Shown piece after piece: positions 37,601 through 49,758 of a stretch of DNA of 64,000 nt. Under the pieces are notes generated by a model. It saw only the letters and a program-made list of their open reading frames with translations, searched no databases and was not told the DNA's origin. How positions within the stretch are numbered: position 1 is the first letter of the stretch; each line of letters begins with the position of its first letter. Source of the stretch: Botryllus schlosseri (Eukaryota); NCBI GenBank assembly GCA_051294905.1, contig CM119371.1, positions 7,752,001 to 7,816,000 on the forward strand, in the 5' to 3' direction. Made by a program: the position numbers and the translations under genes.

Positions 37601-40600
37601 CGTACCAGTCTTCTATCGTTGTATAGATGAGTGGTATACATGGGTGCTGTAACCTTTCAAAGAAAGCACCAGCCGATGGCTCCCAAAGTAAGCGATATTT
37701 CGAGAGTCATGAAGGCGGTAAAGCAGTGATTCCCAAGTGCGGCCCCGAGGGCCGCATGCGGCCCCCAGATAGTCTTCTTGCGGCCCCCAAAAGATATTAA
37801 GAAATCGATTTATAACGAAAAATAAAATTTATATTTATAAAATACTCTTGCTTGGCTTGGCCTCTGTAATTTTTAATTATAGAATTGCAGGAAGGTTGTG
37901 AGTATAGACTGCTAACGTTACGCCACTGCTGTTTCAATGCAATGTGACCTAACTTTCCAGTTGAACGAGCAGTTGCTATAGATATAAATAGGTATTGATA
38001 ACTTTCAAAACCGGAGGAAAATCCTGAAAATGGTAAATTTTTCCCACTTCGTGGTCGCTCGACTAAAAAAGAAAAAGAGGCTAAACTCCCGGAAAATACG
38101 GTTTTTCTTTCACATTAACAGGTGGTTGACTGGAAAAAAATTTGCACCCCACTGCCGCTCCCCAAACCCCCAATTGAGGGGGGCCGAGCTCGAAGGGGGC
38201 CCAAAATTATTTCGTGAATTAGCATAAATTAGAGAGTGTATTTTGAAAATTTATGCAACTTTTTCAAAAATTTTCCGCGCTGCGTGCGATTTCAATTCAC
38301 CACATATATTGATTACTCTTCCCGCAAGAAAAAATACGCAAGATTTATAGAAATGGGAATATCAGCGTTGGCAATGACCGCACCACAACGCACCAAGAGA
38401 TATAATGCTTTAGGCCATGTGACATGGAACTCCACGAAGTGTGTCAGAACGATCGGCAGCGAGAAAGCCTTGGCCGTAAAGGACTGCTTTTATGATGACC
38501 AAAAACTTCGAAATACCAAAAACTTCGTTTTATAAACAAAATACATATAGGTTTGATTGTCCATATAGGCGCCTAAATGACTGGCGCCGAATGTTCTTGT
38601 CTTGGCAATCTGAACCTCACAAGACAAATATCATCCCGCAAGAAGGAAAATTATACGCCAGTGAAGAAATACCAATTTGAAATCGTGATCTTTAAGTTTA
38701 GTAGGTTTGGGCAATCATACATTTTTTGATATAGCAGACAGGAGGTTACGAAATAAATCATGTAAAGAAGTCATACCAAGGAGTTCACCCGCCCGAAAAT
38801 GTTTAATTTTACGGGGTCTGCAGTTTCAAAGACACCTCTCACTCTGCTCTACCGTTAAATCTGATTAACTGGGCAAAGAGGACAACCATGCAATTCCCGA
38901 TCTTATTCACCGATTTTATCATGAATTATCGAAATATTCGCGCGTCGCGCTGTCTCACTAAACAGTACAACTTTAATTTCGTGGCAAAAGCGAACAACGT
39001 GATGCGGTGTCAGTTTATTACCCTATGGGAGCCCGGGGTCCTGACGAAGTGCTGTTACGTTCCTGCCAACGGGTATACCCCTGGAGATGTTTAATTACTA
39101 GTGAGGGGTCCTATACCTTTTCAAACCCACCTCACTCAGCTCTACCGGTAAATCAGATTACGTGAACAGAGACAGGATGAAAATTGATAGCAATACATGC
39201 AATTCCCGATCATATTGACCGATTCAGTGATGAAGCTAAAGAAATTTCTCGCGCTTCGCGCGTTTAGGCGAGAAAAGCCGATTCACTCAACGGACACCCA
39301 ATGCAGCAGATAAGTAGCTGTGAATACTTTTGAAATCTCGCCTGGGCAATAAAACTACTCCGAAATAGCCATGATGACTGTTTTGGGTCCGTTTCATAGC
39401 CGTAGTATTCGTGCGGCCTCGACCATACTCGGAAATTCTCAATTTGGCCCTAACACCGAAAAGGTTTGGGAACCACTGCGGTAAAGTATGAATCGGCGAT
39501 ACGGGTCAAAGATATTAGAACGTTCGATCAGTTTGATTTAATTAGCGATCTGCTTTCTTGTCAAGTTCAATATGTAATCGATGAATATTGATGGAAAAGG
39601 GAATCATTACCCTACTCATCCCAGCCCGCGAATAGTGAAAAAGGTCAAATCTGGAAAATTTGCTTCTAATTACACCAAATCAACTTATTTATGAATTTTG
39701 TCAACTTCACAGCAACGCGTTGTGAATACGTGAATCCAAAAGATACTTTCACTTGACAATAATTAGTAGGTAAGACTAGTATTTTAGCAGTAGTAAGTGA
39801 TATTGCCCAGTAATTGTTAAGTAGAAGTTGAAGTACTTAACAACACAAAGTCGTGCAAGCAGGTAAAATATACTTTTGTACTCCGCAAAATAGAAGTACT
39901 TCGGTAAAATGTCCGCTTCAGGTCACTGACTATAAGACTATATGGCGGTGCTCTTCAACCTTTTTCGTCGTGTTACACCCTTCTACCGTTCACTCAATAC
40001 TCGTACACCCCTAGCAACATAATACACCGATTCCATAGTAAGCGGCCTTTCGATTACTTATAGCATACGGCCGCATTCCAGCGGAGAGTCGTGATGTGAA
40101 ATTGGCTACAGTGAACTTTGCGCCGCGGAGAGCCGTTATGGAGTTCTGAGTTCTTTGTCGTCGCCGATTTCTTGATTTTTGAAAGGTTCTGTATGAACGC
40201 GAACGTGAACCTATGACGTCACGTTATGTAATATTGCCAATTCCAACCCTACATTTCAGCCCACATGAGCCACGGTGCTTAATTACGTGCTTGCTGATGT
40301 TTTAAACGTCACCAAATGTATCAGTCTGAGAAATCAAATGTTATAATAAAATCAATATCTTTCGTCGATTTGCCAACAATTTCGACGAGGACTTACATCT
40401 GACCATTGCTACATTGGTATTGAGCAGAGTGTAGCCAACACCCCAATCGCACGGATTAGGTTTTTATGATACAATGAAAATATCAAATCAAGATGGGTCC
40501 CGAACACCTGCTAGTTTTTTTTACATTAGACAAGATGATGTATTCTTGATATCAATTTCGCTGATTGTTTGAATAAGCATCATTCGCCGACTTCCCAAAT

Positions 40601-43600
40601 GTGGTGTATTTCATTCTTGTTGTTGTGTTATTGCGGGTCAAGCTCACAGCAGAGGGTCAATAAATATCCACAAACGGTAAGCCGAATATTTCGAGCTAAT
40701 TTTTGCATCGAAGCAAGTAAAATACTTGAGATTGGCAGGGTGCATGCTCGTTTAGTGTTGATATTTTTATGCTGTCAGCGCCATGCATAGAGTCTTCCGA
40801 AGTTGAAATGCAAAGAATTGGAACCAAAGATGTTATAGTGACGTGAAAAATTAGAATGTATAAAAAAGCTTTACAGTGGAGAACCTACCAAGGTTCGTTT
40901 GTGAATGTGAGCCTCTAAATTTCTGAGGTTCACACACAGAACGCGAACGTGAACCTCACGTTCACACCATTCCTAAACCAAACCAATAAGTCCGTTATCA
41001 ACTATTAAATGACCAAGAGAAACATTTGCTTATGACATCACAAAAGGAATGTAGCAGTTGCCGCATACAGCTGATTTGAACCAGACATGGGGTGATTACT
41101 TTGTGAATGTAATCGATTGCGATTACGATTACTTTTGCATCACGCGATTACGATTACGATTACGATTACAGCAAAATCAGGAAGTAATCGATTACGATTA
41201 CGATTAGAACTAATCTCAGAAGATATTGCTAGACAATATAATGATTGCGATGAAAAGACGTAATGAGATAACGACTTTCTTCATAGATAATACATTATTT
41301 GCTTGTTACGTCATGATATGTCCAACTCAGGAATATCCAACTTTATAGGGGACGATTTATCGCACCCACCCATTTGCGTTCTTGCCATGTCCGTGACTAC
41401 CGCACCCTAAACTCCCTAATAGGGTGGGGAGCAGGGTTGTAATGACTGGAGTCGCGATTTTGGTGACCCGACTCGAGTCATTTTTTCAAATGCGTAAAAT
41501 GACTCGACTCGAGTCAATTTCTGCATTGACACGACTTGTACTCGAGTCATTGTGCATGACTCGAACCAAGTCATACGACTCGAGACTCGGGCGGCCAAAA
41601 CAGAAATTTCATTGTAACTTCGAAGAATAGTAAAGTTAACACAATATTGATATTTCGTCTATCAGTTCTGATACTTGGAAAATAGGGCCACAAAGTGTTA
41701 AGACTGAGGAAAATCACTATATTATGAATGCGAGTCTTCTATATCACTCTAGCAGAGTTGAAAAAGCGGGTTGAAAGGAATTGAACTGAAAACTGAACAG
41801 TGAACATATAATGACTTGGTGGTGAATTGAAAATGACTCGACTCGACTTGACTCAAGTCAAAACTAAAAAAGTTAGATTGACTTGTGACTCGAAACCTGG
41901 TGACTTGGTTACAACCCTCGTAGGGAGGGAATGATTTTCGAGAAATGTAATTAACTTGAAAATGTTCCTCGAGCTTTGCAATTTACTGTCTCTAAATAAC
42001 TTGATTTTGAAATGCAAACATCACTCCCTCAAGAATAAAAGCATGCCTAAGGTATAGGAATAGGCATTTCGGCGCAACAGCAAAAGACATATGCAATTTC
42101 AGTCAACATGCGACTCCACGAAGTGTGCTAACAAGGCCGAAGCTTTTGAGTGTGTGTCCATTAGGGCTGTTCAAAAATAACTTTTTTTCCTGAATCTTGC
42201 TGGTTACTTGATTAAATCGTTAGGTTGCCTTGAAAAACGACGCATACCAAATTTGAATTCATTCCGACAAATATTCGCGGGTTACGTAGAGTTTGAAAAT
42301 TTTGGATTTGCCCAGAAACGCAAAAAAAAATTTTTCTCAAATTTTTTTGCCAACCCCATGAAATTGTTGGGCTGTCTTCAAAAACTATGCAAAACAAATT
42401 TGACTCAATTCCAAGCTGTAGAACCGGAGTTATTTCAGTTTTTATTCGATAATTCTGGGATTATCCTTGATTGGTGGATAATCCAAGAATTCACACCGTA
42501 AAACTGGAATAACTCCGCTTCTACGGCTTGGAATTGAGTCAAATTTGTTTTGCATAGTTTTTGAAGACAGCCCAACAATTTCATGGGGTTGGCAAAAAAA
42601 TTTGAGAAAAATTTTTTTTTGCGTTTTTGGGCAAATCCAAAATTTTCAAACTCTACGTAACCCGCGAATATTTGTCGGAATGAATTCAAATTTGGTATGC
42701 GTCGTTTTTTAAGGCAACCTAACGATTTAATCAAGTAACCAGCAAGATTCAGGAAAAAAAGTTATTTTTGAACAGCCCTAGTGTCCATTGTCAATAGCCT
42801 CACTGGATGGACGTAACGAATCGTCCTGACGTTTCAATCTGAGTCCCCCAATACAAATGCTACCGGGGGCACCCACGGAAGGATGAAGACATGAGAATTT
42901 GTGTGTGGGCCTCGCGAAAGTTTAGTCTGCTACGTTTGAGTGACGACACTATATTTTGATTATATAACAGATGGCAGGTCACGAATTAACAACATAGGCC
43001 TACAATAAAGCAATTAAAACAACATATCACACGTTAGTATTATGAATTACTTGCCCCCAGTTCTACCGATAAATCTGACCATCGGGGGCTGAGAGGATTA
43101 AAAATGAATAGTAATATAATGTAAATACCAATATTTTGACGAAATCTGGTGTTTAACCTGAACACCGTATGGGACCCAAGACTTACGTTTGGAGTTGGGG
43201 TACGACTTGTTGTTTAGGTCCTGATTCTAGCTACACCCATAACCCAAGCTAACACGGTGTATTAGCGGGTGACTATGGCGGCGTAATTACGATTGGAGAC
43301 CATTTCAAGTAGAGTCATAGGAGAAAAAGATAAAGTGAACATAAAATTTTGTCTTCCACTTGATACAGATACTGCAAGCTGCTGTTACGAGAAACAGGAA
43401 ACAACGGCTCGGTTACGATATATATCAGCAGTTTCATTGTGGAAATCGTAATGTTTCTTTCATTTGACGAGTACAAAATTTCAAATCTTTGTTCGGTGTA
43501 CATAAGTAGGCCTACATAGGCATACTGCCCGACAAGCAACAATGGTCAAGCCACGTTTAACTAAGCAAAACCAGATATCAATACGTAAGTTTCTATTGGA

Positions 43601-46575
43601 AACTAGGCAGAGTAGTGATTATTATCCTGCTGCAAGGTAGTGGCGTCTAGTGTGTATTGATAACCTAATATACAGCATGACAGGTGTTTTTACAATCGCA
43701 CTACAATGAACATCGAATGTCTATTTCATATGTATGGCTGTGGAGCAGTTGTTCCCAACCTTTTTCGGTGTCAGGGCCAACTTTAGAATTTCAGAGTACG
43801 GTCGGGGCCGCACGAATACCAGGACAATGAAACGGACCCAAAATATTCATCAACATATGAAAATTGGCATTGTTCCGATCAATCACTTGACGCCATTGGC
43901 CATTGTTATGGTCATTGTGTTGCTGCGCTCTAATTGTTCAGAACAATCGACCTTTGGTGGCTATTTCGGAGTAGTTTTGTTGCCCTGGCGAGATTTCAAT
44001 TAGTCTTTTTGAAACAGCTTTTGATAAAGACCGGACCCATCAAATAATTCGGAACCTTCGGTCGAGAGCTATAAGACTACCAATTATGCTGCTTTCGGGG
44101 CGGTTTAGTAAGTCAGCTTTTATCGCCTATAGACGCGCTAAGCGCGAAAATTTTCTGTAATTCGTGATTGAATCTGTCAATATGATCGGGAATTGCATAT
44201 GTATTGCCATCAATTTTTATCCTCTCTCTGCTCACGTAATCAGTTTTACAGGTCGAACCGATGTAGGTGTGTTTGAAAAGGTAGGGCCCCTCAATAATAA
44301 TTTAACATCTTCAGGCGTATACCCGTTGGCAGGAACGAAACAGCACTTCGTCAGCCCCTCCTAAAAACATAAAAATAAAAATAAACATGGGTCTTGGGCT
44401 CCCATAGGGTGATAAACATACCCCAATCACCTTGTTCGCTTTTGCCACGAAACTAGATGCACCGTCCAGCGAGTCAGCGCGAAGCGCGAAAATGTTCGAT
44501 AATTCATGATAAAATCGGTCAATATGATCGGGAATTGCATATTGCTATCAATTTCTTGTCCTGGCTGCTCACTTAATCAGATTTACCGGTAGAGCTGAGG
44601 GAGGTGTCTTGGAAACTGTATGGCCCGTTAGCATGATTTCGTAACATGTTATTTCGTGACCTCCTGTCTGCTATATCAAAAAAATATAGAATCGCCCAAA
44701 CGTAGGCTTCTAAACTAAAAAACGCACACGATTTCAAGTTGGTAATTCTTCACTGGAATATATTTTTTTCCCTGCGGTATGGTATTTGTCTCGTGAGGCT
44801 CCGATTGCAAAGACAGTATTCGGTAAGAAGTTTTCGGTCAGCATAACGGCAGTCCTGTTCGGCCAAGGTTTTCTCGCTGCCGATCGTTATGACAAACTTC
44901 TTGGAGTCGCAAACATGGAGGAAAACTTAATATGCTCATTATATAAATCTTGCGCATATTGCCTTGGGGATGAGTACCCAAAAATCAAGATATTTGGCAG
45001 CATGAAATCACCCCTAGAGCAAAAAAATTGAAAAAGATGCATAAATTTTCAAAAAATACTCTTTCGAGCTCGCCCTCCCCCCTATATCTATAGCTACTGC
45101 TCGTTCAACTGGGAAGTAATGCCACATTGCATTGAAACAATAGTGACGTAACCATAGCAGTCTACTCACGACTTTCCTGCAATCCTAATTAAAAACTCCA
45201 GACTCCAAGCCAAGCAAGTGTATTTCATAAATATAAATATTATTTTTTGTCATAACTCGATTTCTTAATATTTTTGGGGGGCCGCAAGAAGGATAACTGG
45301 GGACCGCATGCGGCCCTCGGGGTCGCGGTTGGGAATCACTGCTGTGGAGTGTGGATAGTTCTTAAGCAATGACGAGCAAAGCTAATACTTGTGACGTAAT
45401 AATGAGCAGTGGCGTTTAAAAATCAGACTGTGCTGTCAATAAACCTGATATAATATCTCCTTGTTCACGAATGTTTTATTTATGTCATAGTCATTGTGCA
45501 AATAAAAAGTAATCGTTCATGCACAAAGAAATCGATTAGATGTGTGAAGTAGTCGATTACGATTACGATTACTTCGGTATTTTATCGAATGTAATCGATT
45601 GCGATTACGATTACTCGAAAATGATGTAATCGTCGTAATCGATTACGATTACTAATCGCGATTACCCCATGTCTGATTTGAACATTGTACGATTATAGAG
45701 ACAATAAGTGTCTCTATAGTTCGATACTGCACATCCTGTCAACCCGTTCTGAAGCATAAACTATCTGCCTATTTATTGTGATAGCTAGTCAGCGGTCCAT
45801 TGTAATACGGATCTGGTCCACCCAAGTACACCTCATCCGAGTGGTACACCCTTTATAAATTAGGGTACGATACACTCGGTTGAAAAGGCCTGCTATATGG
45901 TAAATGTATTTTGGACAGGATCGCTCCCAAGTCGTTCCCTCTGTTTCAGTTTTCGAATTCTGGACTGTGGCCAACACCGATCAGTCATTCTCTGGCAGGC
46001 GAACGGAATGGATGTTCGGGGTGGTACAAAACATCTTCCTGAGATTTTCCGAGTGCTTAAATCCGATGTTCTACAATCTCGCCTCAGCGTAAGTTGGTGA
46101 CTTGAAATTGCTTTTCAGGATCCAATTGGAGGTGGACTGGACATGAGATTCACATCTTCCAGATTATTGTTCCACAACTATTTTCCGTTACAGTGCTGGT
46201 CAAAGACAGCCTAATATTCTTTCATTCTTTATACTACAACATGCTACCCTGCTTATGACCGCTCATCGTCCGCAGCTTGTCCGGCGAATATTGCGTTGTT
46301 GTAACCGATTCATTCATTATTTGTTCACTCTGAATTGACAATTCTAGTTGCTATTATCAATAATATCTGTTTTAGTTACTTCTTGTTACTATCGTATATT
46401 AGATTCTATCTTATTCCTTGTAAACAGTAATTACTCATCTTTCCTTTTCAGAAAGATGCGAAGCGAAACGTTGCATTTCTTGACGCAAAAATTGTACAAA
46501 AGTTGTTTTCGAACCAAAGAATTGAATCGGACCGACACCTCGTCGGCGATGTCTAATAAAGGATTACAACTGTGA
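28616..46575 (+). CDS. Rhodopsin-like (class A) GPCR, 373 aa, 8 coding exons; TM7/helix 8 resembles peptide receptors of the GHSR/TRHR/NMUR group
   Basis: Exons 28616-28653, 29016-29177, 29578-29707, 30680-30808, 35463-35605, 37341-37597, 45950-46088, 46452-46575 join in frame (intron phases 2,2,0,0,2,1,2; 1122 nt). Motifs: N-glycosylation NETT, TM1 GFFGNLLT, TM2 LSLCFSDL, Cys at the top of TM3, TM3 SFAILRLISVWKP, TM4 Trp, ECL2 Cys (WPAC), TM5 YPLFLYAP, basic ICL3, TM6 SFMIGYIPF, TM7 CLNPMFYNLAS. Confidence 0.92.
29016..29177 (+). CDS. GPCR exon 2 (N-terminus, TM1)
   Basis: gactacag| ... AG|gtgggt; GFFGNLLTICVILTSKKLR. Confidence 0.92.
29578..29707 (+). CDS. GPCR exon 3 (TM2, ECL1)
   Basis: tttctccgtttag| ... 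|gtgagt; NIFNQFILSLCFSDLISACISWVNLYRWTWGFDDFALPNFFCW. Confidence 0.92.
29826..30019. mobile_element. hAT MITE with (AATTAC)n arrays
   Basis: TIR CAGAGTT(T/G)GATCAATT; TSD atgcagat/atgaagat. Confidence 0.85.
30139..30257. mobile_element. 119-bp mini-element with inverted ends and degenerate TTAGGG-like core
   Basis: cagcacttcagcatgcgac / gtcgcatgcccaagtgctg inverted repeat; no clear TSD. Confidence 0.5.
30680..30808 (+). CDS. GPCR exon 4 (TM3, ICL2)
   Basis: cgtttacag| ... |gtgagt; FYWGADVCTSYVTAMHILSFAILRLISVWKPFVFTRITVVHGR. Confidence 0.92.
32185..32764. mobile_element. Nested, degenerate copy of the CAGGGGCGGGCAA MITE family
   Basis: Aligns with 34223-35087; ends GTTGCCCGCCCCTG; TSD degenerate. 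Confidence 0.8.
33144..34037. mobile_element. Nested hAT MITE with (AATTAG)n arrays
   Basis: TIR CAGACTTGGACAACTAGA/TCTAGTTGTCCAAGTCTG; perfect TSD gtcgtcac. Confidence 0.93.
34223..35087. mobile_element. Nested hAT (Buster/Charlie-like) MITE
   Basis: TIR CAGGGGCGGGCAA/TTGCCCGCCCCTG; perfect TSD cactagcg. Confidence 0.93.
35463..35605 (+). CDS. GPCR exon 5 (TM4, ECL2)
   Basis: ctaattctacag| ... |gtaagt; IWILVMWMIGFMCGFIPFAYLSGASTPDRSDLLSATAGWPACTQKLE. Confidence 0.9.
36094..37093. mobile_element. hAT MITE with (GACTT)n/GACTCGAGTC arrays
   Basis: TIR CAGTGTTG(A/G)GAT; TSD atataccc/atatgccc; inverted relative at ~51045-52131. Confidence 0.9.
37341..37597 (+). CDS. GPCR exon 6 (TM5, ICL3, TM6)
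   Basis: ttttccggactag| ... A|gtacgt; corresponds to ORF 37357..37626. Confidence 0.92.
37724..39478 (+). mobile_element. Composite hAT MITE carrying family A interior
   Basis: TIR CAGTGATTCCCAA/TTGGGAACCACTG; perfect TSD cggtaaag; ~38150-39320 aligns with 2212-3430. Confidence 0.9.
41432..41919. mobile_element. Nested hAT MITE with GACTC/GACTT arrays
   Basis: TIR CAGGGTTGTAA/TTACAACCCT; TSD gtggggag/gtagggag; second copy ~53703-56236 interrupted by 53850-55840. Confidence 0.85.
42162..42780. mobile_element. 619-bp foldback MITE (near-perfect palindrome)
   Basis: ~275-bp inverted arms starting TAGGGCTGTTCAAAAATAAC with only a few mismatches, ~60-bp spacer, perfect TSD gtgtccat; explains the mirror ORFs 42208..42501(+) and 42435..42734(-). 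Confidence 0.95.
43746..45341 (-). mobile_element. Inverted copy of the 37724-39478 composite MITE
   Basis: CAGTTGTTCCCAACC ... TTGGGAATCACTG; perfect TSD ctgtggag; family A interior on the minus strand. Confidence 0.9.
45950..46088 (+). CDS. GPCR exon 7 (ECL3, TM7)
   Basis: ctctgtttcag| ... |gtaagt; contains NPMFY. Confidence 0.92.
46452..46575 (+). CDS. GPCR exon 8 (helix 8, C-tail, stop)
   Basis: tttccttttcag| acceptor, phase 2; KMRSETLHFLTQKLYKSCFRTKELNRTDTSSAMSNKGLQL*; AATAAA near 46801. Confidence 0.88.
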
Positions 46576-47930
46576 TGCGGTGTAGTCCTGTCAAAATTGG
46601 TGCAGCCCGTGCGCGCTAATATATCCCAATACTTCGGGCACGTAGCCAGCTGCTTTTTGTCTGCGCTGGCCAAGCGCGAATCGCTTCGGGCATACCAACT
46701 GACTAATTACAACGAGTATGTCCAGTCCACGGTCGCAAGTATACCTTAGGCGTATGAAACCAGAGTTTGCCAACGTTGCCAGAGTTGCTTACTCGTGTAA
46801 AATAAAAGTAACTGCGTAAATGTCTACTCCAATACGAGCAGAAGTAATAATTTATCAGACGTGTCAACACTATTTCAAGTGAAATTGGAAAAAAACGAAA
46901 TCTCTGAGTAATACTCAAGTATCGAAAAGTAGATTCAGTCGAATCCGAGATTTTGACAGCTCATCGGGGTTGATACGTTCTAAATAACACTTGAGAACGG
47001 CGTTTTACGCAAAATGACCAATGACAATACAAATCGGCCCAATCTTCGGATATATCTTCAGTTACCGAGATTCGGGGATTATATCACATGGATCATGTGA
47101 CGATTTCACTCATAACAATGACGCAAACTCATCACAAATCCACTTTATACTTATACAATCTTTACAAAGTAAGTAGTGTTTCATGTAGGCATTGCTCAAA
47201 TAGAAGTGACGGAAGTCGTCTAAAACATGACGTGGATTAAGTAGTTGAAGTATGCGAAACTAGTTTGACTAACACCTCCGGCTAAACTAACTCTAGCTAA
47301 ACTAGCACCTTTGTTGAATTCAAAAGTCCAGCCTTCAAATTCGGTGATGGGCATTGCGTATGCCCCCGTGCATATAAAACATATCAAGTTGTGTTATCGG
47401 GAATAACAGCTACGGCGGAAGGCATGGAACTTTCTTATCCTCAAATGGATGTTCACAATGCTCCCCTCCTACTTTCGTCTCGTGTACCCCGTTCAATATT
47501 ATATTAACTCTTCTTGGTTATCTGGAAGTGGTTTCCAACCATTTCCGACTCACCGCCCCCTTATCAATATCGGCGGGAATTTTCGTCCCCCATATTTCCG
47601 ATCCAAAACTGACGACATCTAAACGGGAAATTTATTCTCCTAACTCTGATCGCCGTTGTGAATAGACTAAAAAACGTCCATTTTCCGAGATGCTGCTCGG
47701 AAAACCGGCTTCCGCGGCTACTTTCTGTTGGATTAACCTATATTTAGTTAACTTTCGCGTAATATACTGAGTGAACCGTATTCACGTGGCATTTTTAGCC
47801 GTGTTTATTGAATATGTCTCACTTGACGCTCCAACATTTTCGCCTCCCATCGCCCCCATTCACCCCCTTTGGCATTTTCGCCCCATTATTCTAAAAATCA
47901 TCGCCCACGCTGGAAACCATTGGTCTAGAT

Positions 47931-48789
47931 CAGGGGGAGGCAAACTTTTGAGCTCGCGGGCCGCATTCAACATCTGAATTCAGCTGCGGGCCACACTATA
48001 TAAAATTGGGATTATGTACCAAAACGCAATATTGTTATTTGATTATATTGCGAGGACATGGAGGTAATATATATGCTTATTTAGAACAAACGAAACATTG
48101 CTTTGATGATATCGTACACGTGTCAGAAACAGTGGCGAGATTTCATAGTCTAGTCGACCTCAAAAACCATTTTGTCAAAACTATGGAGATGAATGTCGGC
48201 TGTCCCGATTCTTACAACAGGATTGAAATTTAAATCTGTGAGCATTGATCTGTTCTTAGATTTACTAATTCCACATTTGGCTCAGTTCCAGGACACACAA
48301 TGCTGAAAGCATCACTAACCATGTTGGCTGCAAACACGCTTCTACTATGTGTAGATAAAATATAAATACCGTAATTCTACGCAGACAGAGAACGAATCTA
48401 CCTAAGACACGCACATCACCTAAATAATCAAAACTGGATTGGTCAATCTGACATCACACTCGTGATCCGAATTATGTGAATCTCGTTTAGGAGTTCTGCG
48501 ATGTTTAGCAGTTGAAACCTTTCAAACTGCGTGGGCCTTGAGAATTTTCAGCTGAGCTCAGCTTCGCACCCCCCTTCCGACGCTTTCACGCCCGCAAGGG
48601 GGGCGAGCCCCCAGTTTGAGAACCACTGCCTTTGAATAATCATCAAATTTCATCAAATCCCTGCATTAATTCTATTTTTAGTACGAATTTTGTCAATATG
48701 TTTAATTAGTTTCTTTAGATACTCGCGGGCCGCACAGAGCGGTGTTGCGGGCCGCATGCGGCCCGCGGGGCGTAGTTTGCCCACCCCTG
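47931..48789. mobile_element. hAT (Buster/Charlie-like) MITE; abuts an older CAGTGG-type element at ~47526-47922
   Basis: TIR CAGGGG(G/T)(A/G)GGCAAAC; perfect TSD gtctagat; second copy starts at 62923. Confidence 0.92.
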
Positions 48790-49758
48790 GTCTAGATTCT
48801 AGAACCAGACTATCTATATAATTGTAGGCGTAAGCTGTTAGTCAATTCCTTTTTAATATTTGTGTTTAATGACTGCTATTTGTTCTCTGAGGAATTTCAT
48901 TCTGTAATTCTGATGGTGTTAGGATATAAACAAGCATGAGACATAATGGCACGCGTCATATCAGTATGCGGCATGTGGTTAATAATAAGAATTGGTTTTG
49001 CGCTAGGGTTAGGATATGCGGTTGTAAGGCGCATGCTCAAATGCCTTCATTAATTTTGTCGCATTGTCAAATAGTTGGCATTCATTTATGATATGATTAT
49101 TCATTTTTGCTACTTCGTCTAAAGTCGCTAAGATATGGTTTGGAAAATAAAGAATATTACACGCCGAAGTCTTGCCTTGAATTGAGCAGGATTGGTGGTA
49201 ACGAGGTTTCAGCAATCTTCTGGCCGTGGATATAGGCTTCTGGCTGCATTTTATCTTTGTGCTATGTATGTAGTAGGCTAGGCTACCAAAGAAGGCCTTG
49301 TAGGTGATGTAGGCGTTCATCTAATTATTCCTAGTTTAGTTTGCGAAAAGACTCATATAATCATTCCAGTCATAAGAATTTCACCTATTGCTCGAATCAA
49401 CATGTACCCCGGCCATTGGAAACGTTTATAATGTAATGCTTCGCATAACCCAGAATGATGCGGTGAAGAACTAGAAACTCAAATTTTTGTGGTAACCTCG
49501 CAGACACATCTCTCAATACCTCAGTGTGATATTTTCAACTAGTACATAGCACCTTAATCCTTGGATACGCTGGCCATGACCACGAATACACATATCGTAT
49601 CGCGGAAGAGACAGACAGTGGCGTATGGTGGCATTTTTATCAACGTGGCAATCAAATGTAGGTATACAGCAGTACACTGAAGCATCCAGATTGTGACAGT
49701 TTAATGGGAAGCCCACCTTGTCTGTAATTTGAAATGGAGAAGAATGTATGGATTAGGG

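Larger units (their letters stand above)
41082..45675. mobile_element. hAT MITE with (GATTAC)n arrays, expanded by nested insertions
   Basis: TIR CAGACATGGGGT/ACCCCATGTCTG; perfect TSD atttgaac. Confidence 0.92.

Noticed and set aside
42208..42734. Two near-identical ~98-aa ORFs on opposite strands
   Set aside because: Artefact of the foldback palindrome; low-complexity K/F/N-rich translation with no splice or domain support.
26820..47280. Scattered AAGTAG/TACTCAAGTA-rich patches (~26820-26980, 29270-29500, 39770-39930, 46740-46930, 47170-47280)
   Set aside because: Probably decayed copies of another MITE family, but ends and TSDs could not be defined, so they are not listed as features.
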